Of a stretch of DNA of 32,000 bases, positions 24,440-32,000 are shown piece after piece. The position numbers were made by a program, and so were the translations under genes. Under the pieces are notes generated by a model, which was not told the DNA's origin, made no database searches, and saw nothing but the letters and a program-made list of their open reading frames with translations. The number at the start of each line of letters is the position of its first letter. The stretch's first letter is position 1. This DNA comes from Pyrobaculum aerophilum str. IM2 (GTDB lineage Archaea > Thermoproteota > Thermoprotei > Thermoproteales > Thermoproteaceae): assembly GCF_000007225.1 (NCBI RefSeq), contig NC_003364.1:90001-122000 (forward strand), written 5' to 3'.

Positions 24440-25882
24440 GTGGAGAAGGTCTTAGTGATTGGAGACGGGGCGAGAGAACACGCAATTGCGTGGGGTCTTG
24501 ATAAAAGCGGAGTTAAGATATACGCCTTTATGGGGCACCTCAACCCCGGAATTGCGAAAATTGTGAAAAAGACAGGGGGGTTTTACAGAATTGGGAAAAT
24601 CACCGACAGATCCGAGGCCGTTAAAGTCGCTGAGGAGGCGTCGCCGGATTTAATCGTCATAGGCCCCGAGGAGCCTCTATTTGCCGGCGTGTCTGACGAA
24701 CTGCGCAGTAGGGGCTTCGCCGTGTTGGGAGCGCCTTCCCGCGGGGCCGTGGTGGAGCAGAGGAAAGACGTGGCGAGGTACTTACAGTGGAAATACCGCA
24801 TACCGGGCAGGCTTATATACGACGTTTTTAGCGACGTGGCTGAGGCCTACGCCTTCGCCAAGGCCATTGGCTCTGTGGCGATAAAGCCTGTGAGGCAGGC
24901 CGGGGGCAAGGGAGTGAGGCTCGTGTACGGCAACGCCAAATATCTAGAGGGGTCGCTGGACGAGGTGATTACAAAAGGCGCCCGGGAGGCCAAGGAGCAA
25001 TTGGCGTCGTATAAAGACGCCCCCCAGCTGGTGTTAGTGGAGGAGGGGGTGTGGGGAGTGGAGTACACCGTGCAAGTGCTGACTGACGGGGAGAGCGTAT
25101 TCCCCTTCCCCCCAGTGCAAGACAACCCCCACGCCTACGAGCTGGGCCTGGGCCCCGAGTGCGGGGGGATGGGCACGGTGTCCCCTCTGCCCTTTATAGA
25201 GGAGGAGGAGTTTGAAGAGGCTGTGGCCGCGGTTAAGGCCACTGTAGAGGCCGTTTATAAAGAATTCGGGGTGAAGTACGTGGGAGTGCTCAGCGGCCAG
25301 ATGATGTTGACGGCGCTTGGCCCCGTGGTGATTGAGTACTACAGCAGGTTCGGCGACCCGGAGGCGCTTAACGCCATATATCTATACGACGGGGACTTAT
25401 ACGACTTATTTATTAAAACTGTTACTGGCAAATTGCACCAAGCTGAGAGGCGGTTTAAAAACGTATATACGGTAGTGAAGGCGGTGGCCCCCGTTGGGTA
25501 CCCCCTGGATAAGAAAACGGCCGCCGGGAGGCGTTTTGACGTCGACTGGGTGTTAGTGGAGAGGGAGGGGTGCCACGTCTTTTTCGGCTCCGCAGCGCCG
25601 AGCGAGAGGGGCGGGTATGAGACGCTGGGGTCAAGGGCCCTTGAGATATTAGCCCCGGGGAGCACCCCCGAGGAGGCCTATCAAAAGGCCGAGAGGTGCG
25701 CCGCGGCTGTAAAGGGCGATGGGCTTTACCACAGGAAGGACATAGGATCTCCCGAGTATATGAGAGAAATGGCGCGTAGGGCTGAGATGGTTAGGGCTGT
25801 TTACAAGTGGAGGAGGCAGATGGGCCTCTCCGAGGAGAGGCTGGTCTGGGAGCCCGGCAGGGGGCTTATCCGCTATAAGTAG
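24440..25882 (+). CDS. purD: phosphoribosylamine-glycine ligase (GAR synthetase)
   Basis: N-terminal KVLVIGDGAREHAIAWGL with an ATP-grasp central region. 480 aa. Confidence 0.9.
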   Translation: MEKVLVIGDGAREHAIAWGLDKSGVKIYAFMGHLNPGIAKIVKKTGGFYRIGKITDRSEAVKVAEEASPDLIVIGPEEPLFAGVSDELRSRGFAVLGAPSRGAVVEQRKDVARYLQWKYRIPGRLIYDVFSDVAEAYAFAKAIGSVAIKPVRQAGGKGVRLVYGNAKYLEGSLDEVITKGAREAKEQLASYKDAPQLVLVEEGVWGVEYTVQVLTDGESVFPFPPVQDNPHAYELGLGPECGGMGTVSPLPFIEEEEFEEAVAAVKATVEAVYKEFGVKYVGVLSGQMMLTALGPVVIEYYSRFGDPEALNAIYLYDGDLYDLFIKTVTGKLHQAERRFKNVYTVVKAVAPVGYPLDKKTAAGRRFDVDWVLVEREGCHVFFGSAAPSERGGYETLGSRALEILAPGSTPEEAYQKAERCAAAVKGDGLYHRKDIGSPEYMREMARRAEMVRAVYKWRRQMGLSEERLVWEPGRGLIRYK

Positions 25883-25884
25883 CC

Positions 25885-27021
25885 ATGTCGGCGGGCTTAT
25901 TCGCAATATACAGCTTTCAAGGCCCTGTCAATCTTTACCCGTTTGTGTACTACGGGCTCAGGGCCATGGCCAATAGGGGCGATGTGGCGGTGGCGTACGT
26001 CCTCGGGGAAGGCGGCGATTTGCGGAGGGTTGAGGTGGATTTTTCAAAAGAGGCCGCCGGGGAGGCCAGGGGGATTGCCGCCGTTGGTTGCGTGTCGACT
26101 GAGGAGTGTTGCCGCGCCACGGAGGAGGGGGTTTACTGCGCCTTCGGCCGGGACAGGGTGAAGCTGGGAGCGCCATCTGGCGACACTGTTTACGTCGGCC
26201 TTTTAAAAAACGGCGTGGTCTACGCATACCGGCCGCCGCGCCTCTGGCACTTGGCAGTGGGAGCCCACGGCTTTGACTTCGCCATTATCGCCACGGAGAG
26301 CTCAGTAATAGAGATTTTAGGCGGGGACTTGAGGAGGAGCTTGAAAGGCGGGGAGCTGTTGAAAATACATAAATTCGGCGTTGAGAGCGCCGGCGGCGGC
26401 CCCCCGAGGGAGATATGCGCCATGGAGCTGGTCTACGCCTCTCGTTTAGATAGCGTAATTGACGGGGTAGAAATAGCAGAAGTGAGGGCGAAGCTTGGGG
26501 AGGCGTTGGGGAAGAAGGCGGGGAGGGCGGACGTGGTAATTGGAGTCCCAGACACCGGCTTGTACTACGCGGCGTGGGCGGCAAGGGCTGCTGGCGCGTG
26601 GCACGCGCCGGGGTTTGTCTCAACTATTAAAAAGAGGAGCGCCTTGCTCGACGAGGTGAAGGAGAGGATCTCGGCAATACAGCTGAAGGCCAATGTGGTC
26701 AGACACGCAGTTGCCGGGAAGAGGGTTTTAGTAGTAGACGACAGTATTATCAGCGGCTTGACTCTGAGGCACATCGCCCAGCTCATCCGCGTTAAGGCGG
26801 GGGCCAAGGAGGTACACGCCGCCACGGCGGCCCCGCCGCTGAGGTCCCAGTGTCCCTACGGCGTGAAAATGCCGCCTGAGAGCCACATGATATTTAACCA
26901 CCTCGACCTAAAAACGGCGACGGTTGCGTTGGAGCTAGACAGCTTCTTCCACCTAGACGTTGAGGAGTTTGAAAAAACTGTGGGCATGTCTGTGTGCACT
27001 AGGTGTTTTGTGAGGCCATGA
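25885..27021 (+). CDS. purF: amidophosphoribosyltransferase homolog with atypical N-terminus
   Basis: PRTase motif KRVLVVDDSIISGLT, DVVIGVPDTG, and Fe-S ligand-like Cys (ICAMELVY, SQCPYG, CTRC). The N-terminus is MSAGLFAIY rather than MCG... Confidence 0.75.
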   Translation: MSAGLFAIYSFQGPVNLYPFVYYGLRAMANRGDVAVAYVLGEGGDLRRVEVDFSKEAAGEARGIAAVGCVSTEECCRATEEGVYCAFGRDRVKLGAPSGDTVYVGLLKNGVVYAYRPPRLWHLAVGAHGFDFAIIATESSVIEILGGDLRRSLKGGELLKIHKFGVESAGGGPPREICAMELVYASRLDSVIDGVEIAEVRAKLGEALGKKAGRADVVIGVPDTGLYYAAWAARAAGAWHAPGFVSTIKKRSALLDEVKERISAIQLKANVVRHAVAGKRVLVVDDSIISGLTLRHIAQLIRVKAGAKEVHAATAAPPLRSQCPYGVKMPPESHMIFNHLDLKTATVALELDSFFHLDVEEFEKTVGMSVCTRCFVRP

Positions 27022-27842
27022 GGCTAGGGGTGTTGGCCTCTTGGCGGGGGACTAACTTCAAGGCGATTTTAGACCACATACAGCTGGGGGTGCTCAGAGG
27101 CGTTGAGCCTGCGGTTTTAATTTACAGCGACGAAAACGCCCCAGTTAGGGAAATAGCTAGGAAATACGGCGTAGAGGCCCGTTATGTAAAACACAGAGGT
27201 GTGCCTAGGCGCCAGAGAGAGGATGAAATGGCGGAGATTTTGAAAAACGCAGGGGTGGAGGTAGTGGCGCTGGCGGGGTACGACTACATCCTTAGCAAGG
27301 CCTTTATTGACCAGTTTAAGCTGGTATTAAACATTCACCCATCGCTGCTGCCCTTCGCGGGTGGCAAGGGGATGTACGGCATGAGAGTCCACATGGAGGT
27401 GTACAGAGCGGGGGTGAAGGTCACAGGCCCCACAGTGCACGTAGTAGATGAGTCTGTAGACGGGGGGCCTGTGGTGGATCAGTGGCCGGTGTACATCGGC
27501 GACGTCTACGCCATGCCGCTCAGCCCCGAGGATAAGGTGCAGATAATCGCAGACCGGGTACTCATGTTTGAGCACCGGCTCTACTCCAGAGTGCTCCAAG
27601 CCGTGGCCGATGGCCTGCTGGAGTTGGGGGAGGAGAGGGTGAAGGCGCCGAATGTGGTGGAGGAGGGGGGGAGGATAAGGGTGGAGGAGGTGGAGGTGGC
27701 GGTGAAGAGGGCGGTGCTGAGGGTGGACGAGGCGTGGAGGAGGGCCTGGGAGGAGAGGCAGAGGGCATACGTCGAGTTTCAACTAAAAGAGTGGGCCGAC
27801 AAGCCTCTCCACTTAATTCTGCCCCCATGGTTACGTGGATAA
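27018..27842 (+). CDS. purN: phosphoribosylglycinamide formyltransferase with C-terminal extension
   Basis: LNIHPSLLPFAGGKGMYG and TGPTVHVVDESVDGGPVV (PurN catalytic His/Asp motifs). Its ATG overlaps the purF stop (ATGA). About 70 extra charged residues at the C-terminus. Confidence 0.8.
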   Translation: MRLGVLASWRGTNFKAILDHIQLGVLRGVEPAVLIYSDENAPVREIARKYGVEARYVKHRGVPRRQREDEMAEILKNAGVEVVALAGYDYILSKAFIDQFKLVLNIHPSLLPFAGGKGMYGMRVHMEVYRAGVKVTGPTVHVVDESVDGGPVVDQWPVYIGDVYAMPLSPEDKVQIIADRVLMFEHRLYSRVLQAVADGLLELGEERVKAPNVVEEGGRIRVEEVEVAVKRAVLRVDEAWRRAWEERQRAYVEFQLKEWADKPLHLILPPWLRG

Positions 27843-28762
27843 GAGGCGAGGAGCTACACGCGCGGACAAAGGAGTGGGCCAGGAGCCACGTGAAGAGGCT
27901 GGAGGAGGTGGGCATTACGCCTAAACTAGCCGTGTTGTTATTAAACGACGACCCGGTGGAGCTGGAGACGCAGAGGCGCTTTGTCACCCTTAAGGCGCGA
28001 GACGTGAGGGAAATAGGCGGCGAGGTAGAGATATACGAGCTCTACTCCGCGCCTCCTGAAAGGCGGACTAAAGAGGCTTTGAGGCTAATAGAGAGTTTAA
28101 ACAGAAGAGACGACGTGACTGGCGTAATTATACAAAAGCCCCTCCCGCCCTTTGTGGACGAAAAGGCGCTTTTCTCAGCCTTGTCCCCCGAGAAAGACGT
28201 AGACGCCCTAACCCCTGAGAATAAGAAGAGGCTTTTAACAGATTTCGACTTAGACAGAGACGTCCTACCCTGCACCCCGGCCGGGATTTTAGAGCTGTTT
28301 AAGCTCTACGGAATAGATGTCAGGGGTAAAGACGTTGTGGTAGTGGGCAAGGGAGAGCTGGTGGGAAAGCCCCTGGCGGTGATGTTAATGCAGCTAGACG
28401 CCACGGTGACTGTTTTACACGCCCTGTCTAAAGAGAGAGAGCCCTATGTAAAACGGGCTGACATAGTGATATCAGCAGTGGGGAGGCCCCCGGAGCTGTA
28501 TAAAGACAACCCATGGCGCCTAACTGGAGACATGATTAAAGAGGGGGCTGTGGTGGTAGGCGTGGGCGGGAAGGTGGACCCCGCCACTAAGAGGTGGTTT
28601 TTCGACGTGGATGAGAAGTCAGTGGCCGAGAAGGCCTCCTACCTAACGCCTAATATAGGAGGCGTGGGCCTCGCGACCAGGGCGAGGGTATTGAAAAACT
28701 TAATCAGGACTACTTATCAAGTGGCCCAGAGGGTTTTATCCCCCCGCCTATATGAGGTATAA
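27827..28762 (+). CDS. folD: bifunctional methylene-THF dehydrogenase / methenyl-THF cyclohydrolase
   Basis: VVVGKGELVGKPLAVMLMQLDATVTVLH and YLTPNIGGVGLATRA. I prefer the start at MVTWIRGEE (27827), which overlaps the purN end by 16 nt. Confidence 0.85.
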   Translation: MVTWIRGEELHARTKEWARSHVKRLEEVGITPKLAVLLLNDDPVELETQRRFVTLKARDVREIGGEVEIYELYSAPPERRTKEALRLIESLNRRDDVTGVIIQKPLPPFVDEKALFSALSPEKDVDALTPENKKRLLTDFDLDRDVLPCTPAGILELFKLYGIDVRGKDVVVVGKGELVGKPLAVMLMQLDATVTVLHALSKEREPYVKRADIVISAVGRPPELYKDNPWRLTGDMIKEGAVVVGVGGKVDPATKRWFFDVDEKSVAEKASYLTPNIGGVGLATRARVLKNLIRTTYQVAQRVLSPRLYEV

Positions 28763-29684
28763 AGACGCCGGAGTGGATTTGGAGAAGCAGAGGGAAGTGC
28801 ATGCAGTTGCGCAGAGTGTGCTCTCGGGAGGCGCCGGGAGGTATGTGAGGTGGGTGGAGGAGGGCGGGCGCCAATACGCCTTGCACGTCGACGGCGTTGG
28901 AACTAAGGCCCTGTGGCTTTTACAAGCGGGCAAAATGCATGTGGCGGGGTGGGACTGCCTCGCCGTGAATATAAACGACGTTGTGTGCGACGGCTTTAAG
29001 CCCATCGCCGCCGTTGATTACATAGCGGTAGCCCCAGGGCTGGAAAACGCGGCGAAGGAGGCGCTGATGGGGCTCTCAGAGGCGGCCCGCGCAGCCGGGG
29101 TCTATATACTGGGGGGAGAGACGGCGATAATGCCCGACGTCGTGACTGGCGTGGACGTGGTGTGCACAGTGCTGGCGGTTAGAGAGGGAGAGGTGGTGGG
29201 CGAGGCCGAGCCGGGCGATTATATAGTGGGAGTGGAGTCGTCGGGACCTCATGCAAATGGCTTTTCCCTACTGCGGAGGCTCTTCCAACTGGGGGATAAC
29301 ATCTGCGGCACAACTGCCGCAGAAGTGTTTCTAAAACCCGTGGCGATGTACGACAAAGTGCTGAATTTGTATAAAGAGGACTTGATAAAAGCAGCGGCTC
29401 ACATCACTGGGGGAGGGTTTACAAAAATCAAAAGGGTATTGGGGAGCCTCGGGGCGGAGATCGAGCTGGGGCCCTTGCCCTGTTGGGCAGAGGCCGTTTT
29501 AAAAAGGGGCGTGCCAAGGGATGAGGCGTATAGAGTGTTTAACATGGGCGTGGGCATGGCGCTGATCACAAAAACTCCCGGCGACTTGTTAAAAAGGCTT
29601 GAGGACTTGGGCTACTCCGCGAGGCTAATAGGGAGGGTGAAGCCGGAGGGCCCCGTGGTGGTAGACGGGATTCCCCTCGCCTAG
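28752..29684 (+). CDS. purM: AIR synthetase
   Basis: YKDAGVDLEKQ, HVDGVGTK, NINDVVCDG, LGGETAIMP. Confidence 0.9.
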   Translation: MRYKDAGVDLEKQREVHAVAQSVLSGGAGRYVRWVEEGGRQYALHVDGVGTKALWLLQAGKMHVAGWDCLAVNINDVVCDGFKPIAAVDYIAVAPGLENAAKEALMGLSEAARAAGVYILGGETAIMPDVVTGVDVVCTVLAVREGEVVGEAEPGDYIVGVESSGPHANGFSLLRRLFQLGDNICGTTAAEVFLKPVAMYDKVLNLYKEDLIKAAAHITGGGFTKIKRVLGSLGAEIELGPLPCWAEAVLKRGVPRDEAYRVFNMGVGMALITKTPGDLLKRLEDLGYSARLIGRVKPEGPVVVDGIPLA

Positions 29685-30319
29685 CGCCTAAGCCAAGATA
29701 TTAGGCCAAGCCAGAGTTTTAAGCCGCCGGCTCCCCGTCTAGAGACGTGGGGGTCAACGGCCCTCTCTGGGTGCGGCATTAGGCCGAGGACGTTTTTCTC
29801 GTAAACCCCCGCCACGTTGTCATAAGAGCCGTTGGGGTTGTCCACGTATTTAAAAGCCGCCTTGTACTCCCCGGCGGGCACGTAGCGCCCCTCCCCGTGT
29901 GCTATGGGCATATACACCACCTCCCCCTCTTCGTACAAGTAGGTGAAGGGAGTGCGGGTGTCCACTACCCTCACGGCCACCCACCGGGATATAAAGCCCG
30001 GCGGGTCGTTTGGAATTAACGCCCCCGGCAAAAGCCCGGCCTCGGTGAGTATTTGAAAGCCGTTGCAAATGCCTAAAACCGGCACTCCCCTCTCCGCGTC
30101 TTCGCGGACGTGGTCCATCGCCTTAGTGGCTGCGGCTATTGCCCCAGCCCTCAGCCTGTCGCCGTAGGAGAAGCCCCCCGCCAGAACTACCGCGTCGTAT
30201 TTGCCGGCGGCGTAGTCGCGGTACCACACGAGCTCCCCCCTGGCCCCCGCGAGCTCCAGCGCCCTCAACACGTCGTAGTCGCCGTTGGTGCCCGGGAATT
30301 TCAAAACGGCTATTCTCAT
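29681..30319 (-). CDS. purQ: FGAM synthase, glutaminase subunit
   Basis: MRIAVLKFPGTNGDYD, GGFSYGD, GICNGFQIL (Cys nucleophile), MPHPER. The start at 30319 overlaps the purS stop; the upstream Met at 30448 would lie inside purS. Confidence 0.9.
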   Translation of the reverse strand: MRIAVLKFPGTNGDYDVLRALELAGARGELVWYRDYAAGKYDAVVLAGGFSYGDRLRAGAIAAATKAMDHVREDAERGVPVLGICNGFQILTEAGLLPGALIPNDPPGFISRWVAVRVVDTRTPFTYLYEEGEVVYMPIAHGEGRYVPAGEYKAAFKYVDNPNGSYDNVAGVYEKNVLGLMPHPERAVDPHVSRRGAGGLKLWLGLISWLRR

Positions 30320-30570
30320 AGAGGCGCCACTTTTAACACCTCCACAACGTGGACGTTGGGATTGCCCAGCCTCGCCTCCTTGGCAATTTTCAACGCGTTG
30401 GAGGCGGCCTCTTCGGGGCTCTGTGCGTCGATCACTAAGACTAGGCACTTCCCGGCCCGGACCTCAACGGAGTAGCCCAGCCTCCCCAAGAGGTCTTTTG
30501 ATATAGTCTCCCCCTCGGGATCCCGGATGCTGGGTTTGTAAGTCACGTTGAGATACACGGCGTATTTCAT
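30316..30570 (-). CDS. purS: FGAM synthase PurS subunit
   Basis: 84 aa, MKYAVYLNVTYKPSIRDPEGETI, typical PurS. A TATA-like CATATAAATC tract lies about 25 nt upstream. Confidence 0.85.
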   Translation of the reverse strand: MKYAVYLNVTYKPSIRDPEGETISKDLLGRLGYSVEVRAGKCLVLVIDAQSPEEAASNALKIAKEARLGNPNVHVVEVLKVAPL

Positions 30571-30714
30571 ATAGAGGCGTAAACCACATCCATATAAATC
30601 TTAAGGGCCGGCGAGGTCTTTTAACTATTCATTTAAACTAAGAGGCAGTAGAGGCGGCGCAACCCCCTGGATTATTTAAAGGAAATATTTTAAAACTGAG
30701 GTCGGGAGGGGGAC

Positions 30715-32000
30715 ATGGCCTTGAGCCCGGGGGAGTTGGAGCTGATTAGAAGCGCCTTGGGGAGGGAGCCGACAGAAGTGGAATACGCCTTGTTCCGCTC
30801 CCACTGGTCTGAGCACTGTTCTTATAAATCCACTAGGATGTGGCTTAGGCGGCTTCCCTCCAAGGCGCCGTGGGTCGTGAGGGGCCCCGGCACAGATGCG
30901 CCTCTAGTGGAGATAGCCGAGGGGCTATACGCCACTTTTAAAATTGAGTCTCACAACCACCCAAGCGCCGTGGATCCGTACAACGGCGCGGCCACGGGGG
31001 TAGGCGGCATTATTAGGGATATTCTAACCGTGGGGGCCAGGCCCATTGCCCTGTTGGTCAATTTACACTTCGGGCCTCCGTCCCACCCCCACGCGCGGTG
31101 GATCGCGGTAAACGTAATAAGGGGCATCTCAGACTACGGCAATAGAGTAGGCGTGCCGGTGGTGGGGGGAGAGACGTGGTTTCACGAGGACTTCACCTAC
31201 ACCCCCATCGTCTTGGCCACGTGCGTGGGCATAGTGGAAAAAGACGGCGTCCCCCCAGGCGGGGCTGAGCCCGGCGATTTAATCATTGTGGCAGGGCTAG
31301 GCGCTGATAAAAGCGGCTTGGGGGGGTCAGCCTTCGCGAGCAAGACGCTGAGCGAAGAGGCCGAGGAGGACTTGGGCGCGGTGCAAGTGGCAGATCCTCT
31401 AATGGGGAAAAAGCTAATAGACCTCGTCAGAGAGGCCCGGAGTTGCGTTAAGTTTATAAAAGACCTGGGCGGGGGCGGGCTCGCGACAGCCCTCGCGGAG
31501 CTCGCCGAGTGGTTCCAGCTGGGAGTAGTGGCCGAGTTGGACAAAATCCACATGGCGGATAGGGAGATGGGACCCGCCGAGGTGCTGACAAGCGAGACCC
31601 AGGAGAGGATGGTGTTCGTGACAAGCCCCTCAAAGCTGGAGTGCTTAGAGCGGCTGTTAGAGAAATTCGAAGTGCCGTATTCAATAGTGGGGCGTTTCAC
31701 GGCAGAGGGGAGAGTTGTTTTAAAATGGCGCGGCGAAGTTGTCGGCGACTTGCCGCTGAGCCTTGTGGCGAAAGCCCCCGAAACGCCCTGGCCGCAAGAG
31801 CCGTATGCCCCGCCCCCGCTCCCCCACGTCCCAGAGCCGCCTATTGAAAAGGCCATAGACGCCGTGTTGTCCTCCCCAAACGTGGCGTTTAAACAGGCAA
31901 TATACGAGAGGTTTGATTTCGACGTCGGGGTGCGGACCGTCCTAAAGCCCGGCGAGGGCGACGCCGCTGTGTTGAAAATATACGAGAGGGGGAATTTAGG
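30715..32000 (+). CDS. purL: FGAM synthase II large subunit (3' end outside the window)
   Basis: My own translation from the ATG at 30715 gives [40 protein letters not shown]...[28 protein letters not shown]. It is absent from the ORF track because no stop codon is reached in the window. Confidence 0.9.
   Translation, partial: MALSPGELELIRSALGREPTEVEYALFRSHWSEHCSYKSTRMWLRRLPSKAPWVVRGPGTDAPLVEIAEGLYATFKIESHNHPSAVDPYNGAATGVGGIIRDILTVGARPIALLVNLHFGPPSHPHARWIAVNVIRGISDYGNRVGVPVVGGETWFHEDFTYTPIVLATCVGIVEKDGVPPGGAEPGDLIIVAGLGADKSGLGGSAFASKTLSEEAEEDLGAVQVADPLMGKKLIDLVREARSCVKFIKDLGGGGLATALAELAEWFQLGVVAELDKIHMADREMGPAEVLTSETQERMVFVTSPSKLECLERLLEKFEVPYSIVGRFTAEGRVVLKWRGEVVGDLPLSLVAKAPETPWPQEPYAPPPLPHVPEPPIEKAIDAVLSSPNVAFKQAIYERFDFDVGVRTVLKPGEGDAAVLKIYERGNL

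Noticed and set aside
27327-27987. - strand ORFs of 151 and 141 aa with long Pro/His/Ser runs.
   Set aside because: They are antisense to the purN C-terminal extension and the folD start. Their low-complexity composition comes from the GAG/GTG-rich sense strand.
31197-31856. 219-aa - strand ORF (and 31454-31684, 31641-31847).
   Set aside because: They are antisense or alternative frames of purL, whose + strand translation shows unmistakable PurL motifs. Such shadow ORFs are typical of GC-rich coding DNA.

Overview
The window looks like a chromosomal segment of a GC-rich hyperthermophilic crenarchaeon of the Thermoproteales (Pyrobaculum/Thermoproteus-like). This rests on inference from the repeat type, the type I-A cas gene set, and TATA boxes about 25 nt upstream of start codons, which implies leaderless genes. 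There are three blocks. (1) 1-4400 holds housekeeping and miscellaneous genes: a partial DUF4143-type ATPase, thi4, an MFS transporter, small zinc-ribbon proteins and a methyltransferase-like gene. (2) 4405-22546 holds a complete type I-A CRISPR-Cas locus. Its order is cas6 (-), a 337-bp AT-rich leader, an array of 81 identical 24-nt repeats (GAATCTCAAAAAGAGGATTGAAAG) with 80 spacers, an adaptation operon csa1-cas1-cas2-cas4 (-), csa3 (+), an interference operon csa5-cas7-cas5a-cas3'-cas3''-cas8a2 (-), and a second, inverted cas6 paralog (+). (3) 23621-32000 holds a purine biosynthesis cluster: purC, purD-purF-purN-folD-purM, purQ-purS and purL. The most unusual content is a low-GC two-gene wedge at 14285-15754, between csa3 and cas8a2. 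One gene is an ABC/SMC-like ATPase whose start overlaps cas8a2, making it the last cistron of the interference operon. The other is a 17-cysteine protein with a PD-(D/E)xK-like motif whose start overlaps the csa3 stop. Neither belongs to the canonical I-A gene set. Other points worth a second look are a near-duplicate spacer pair, a tandem TATA-containing repeat in the leader, a G11 tract that splits a probable gene, and a PurF homolog lacking the N-terminal Cys nucleophile. I recognised no rRNA, tRNA or IS element.
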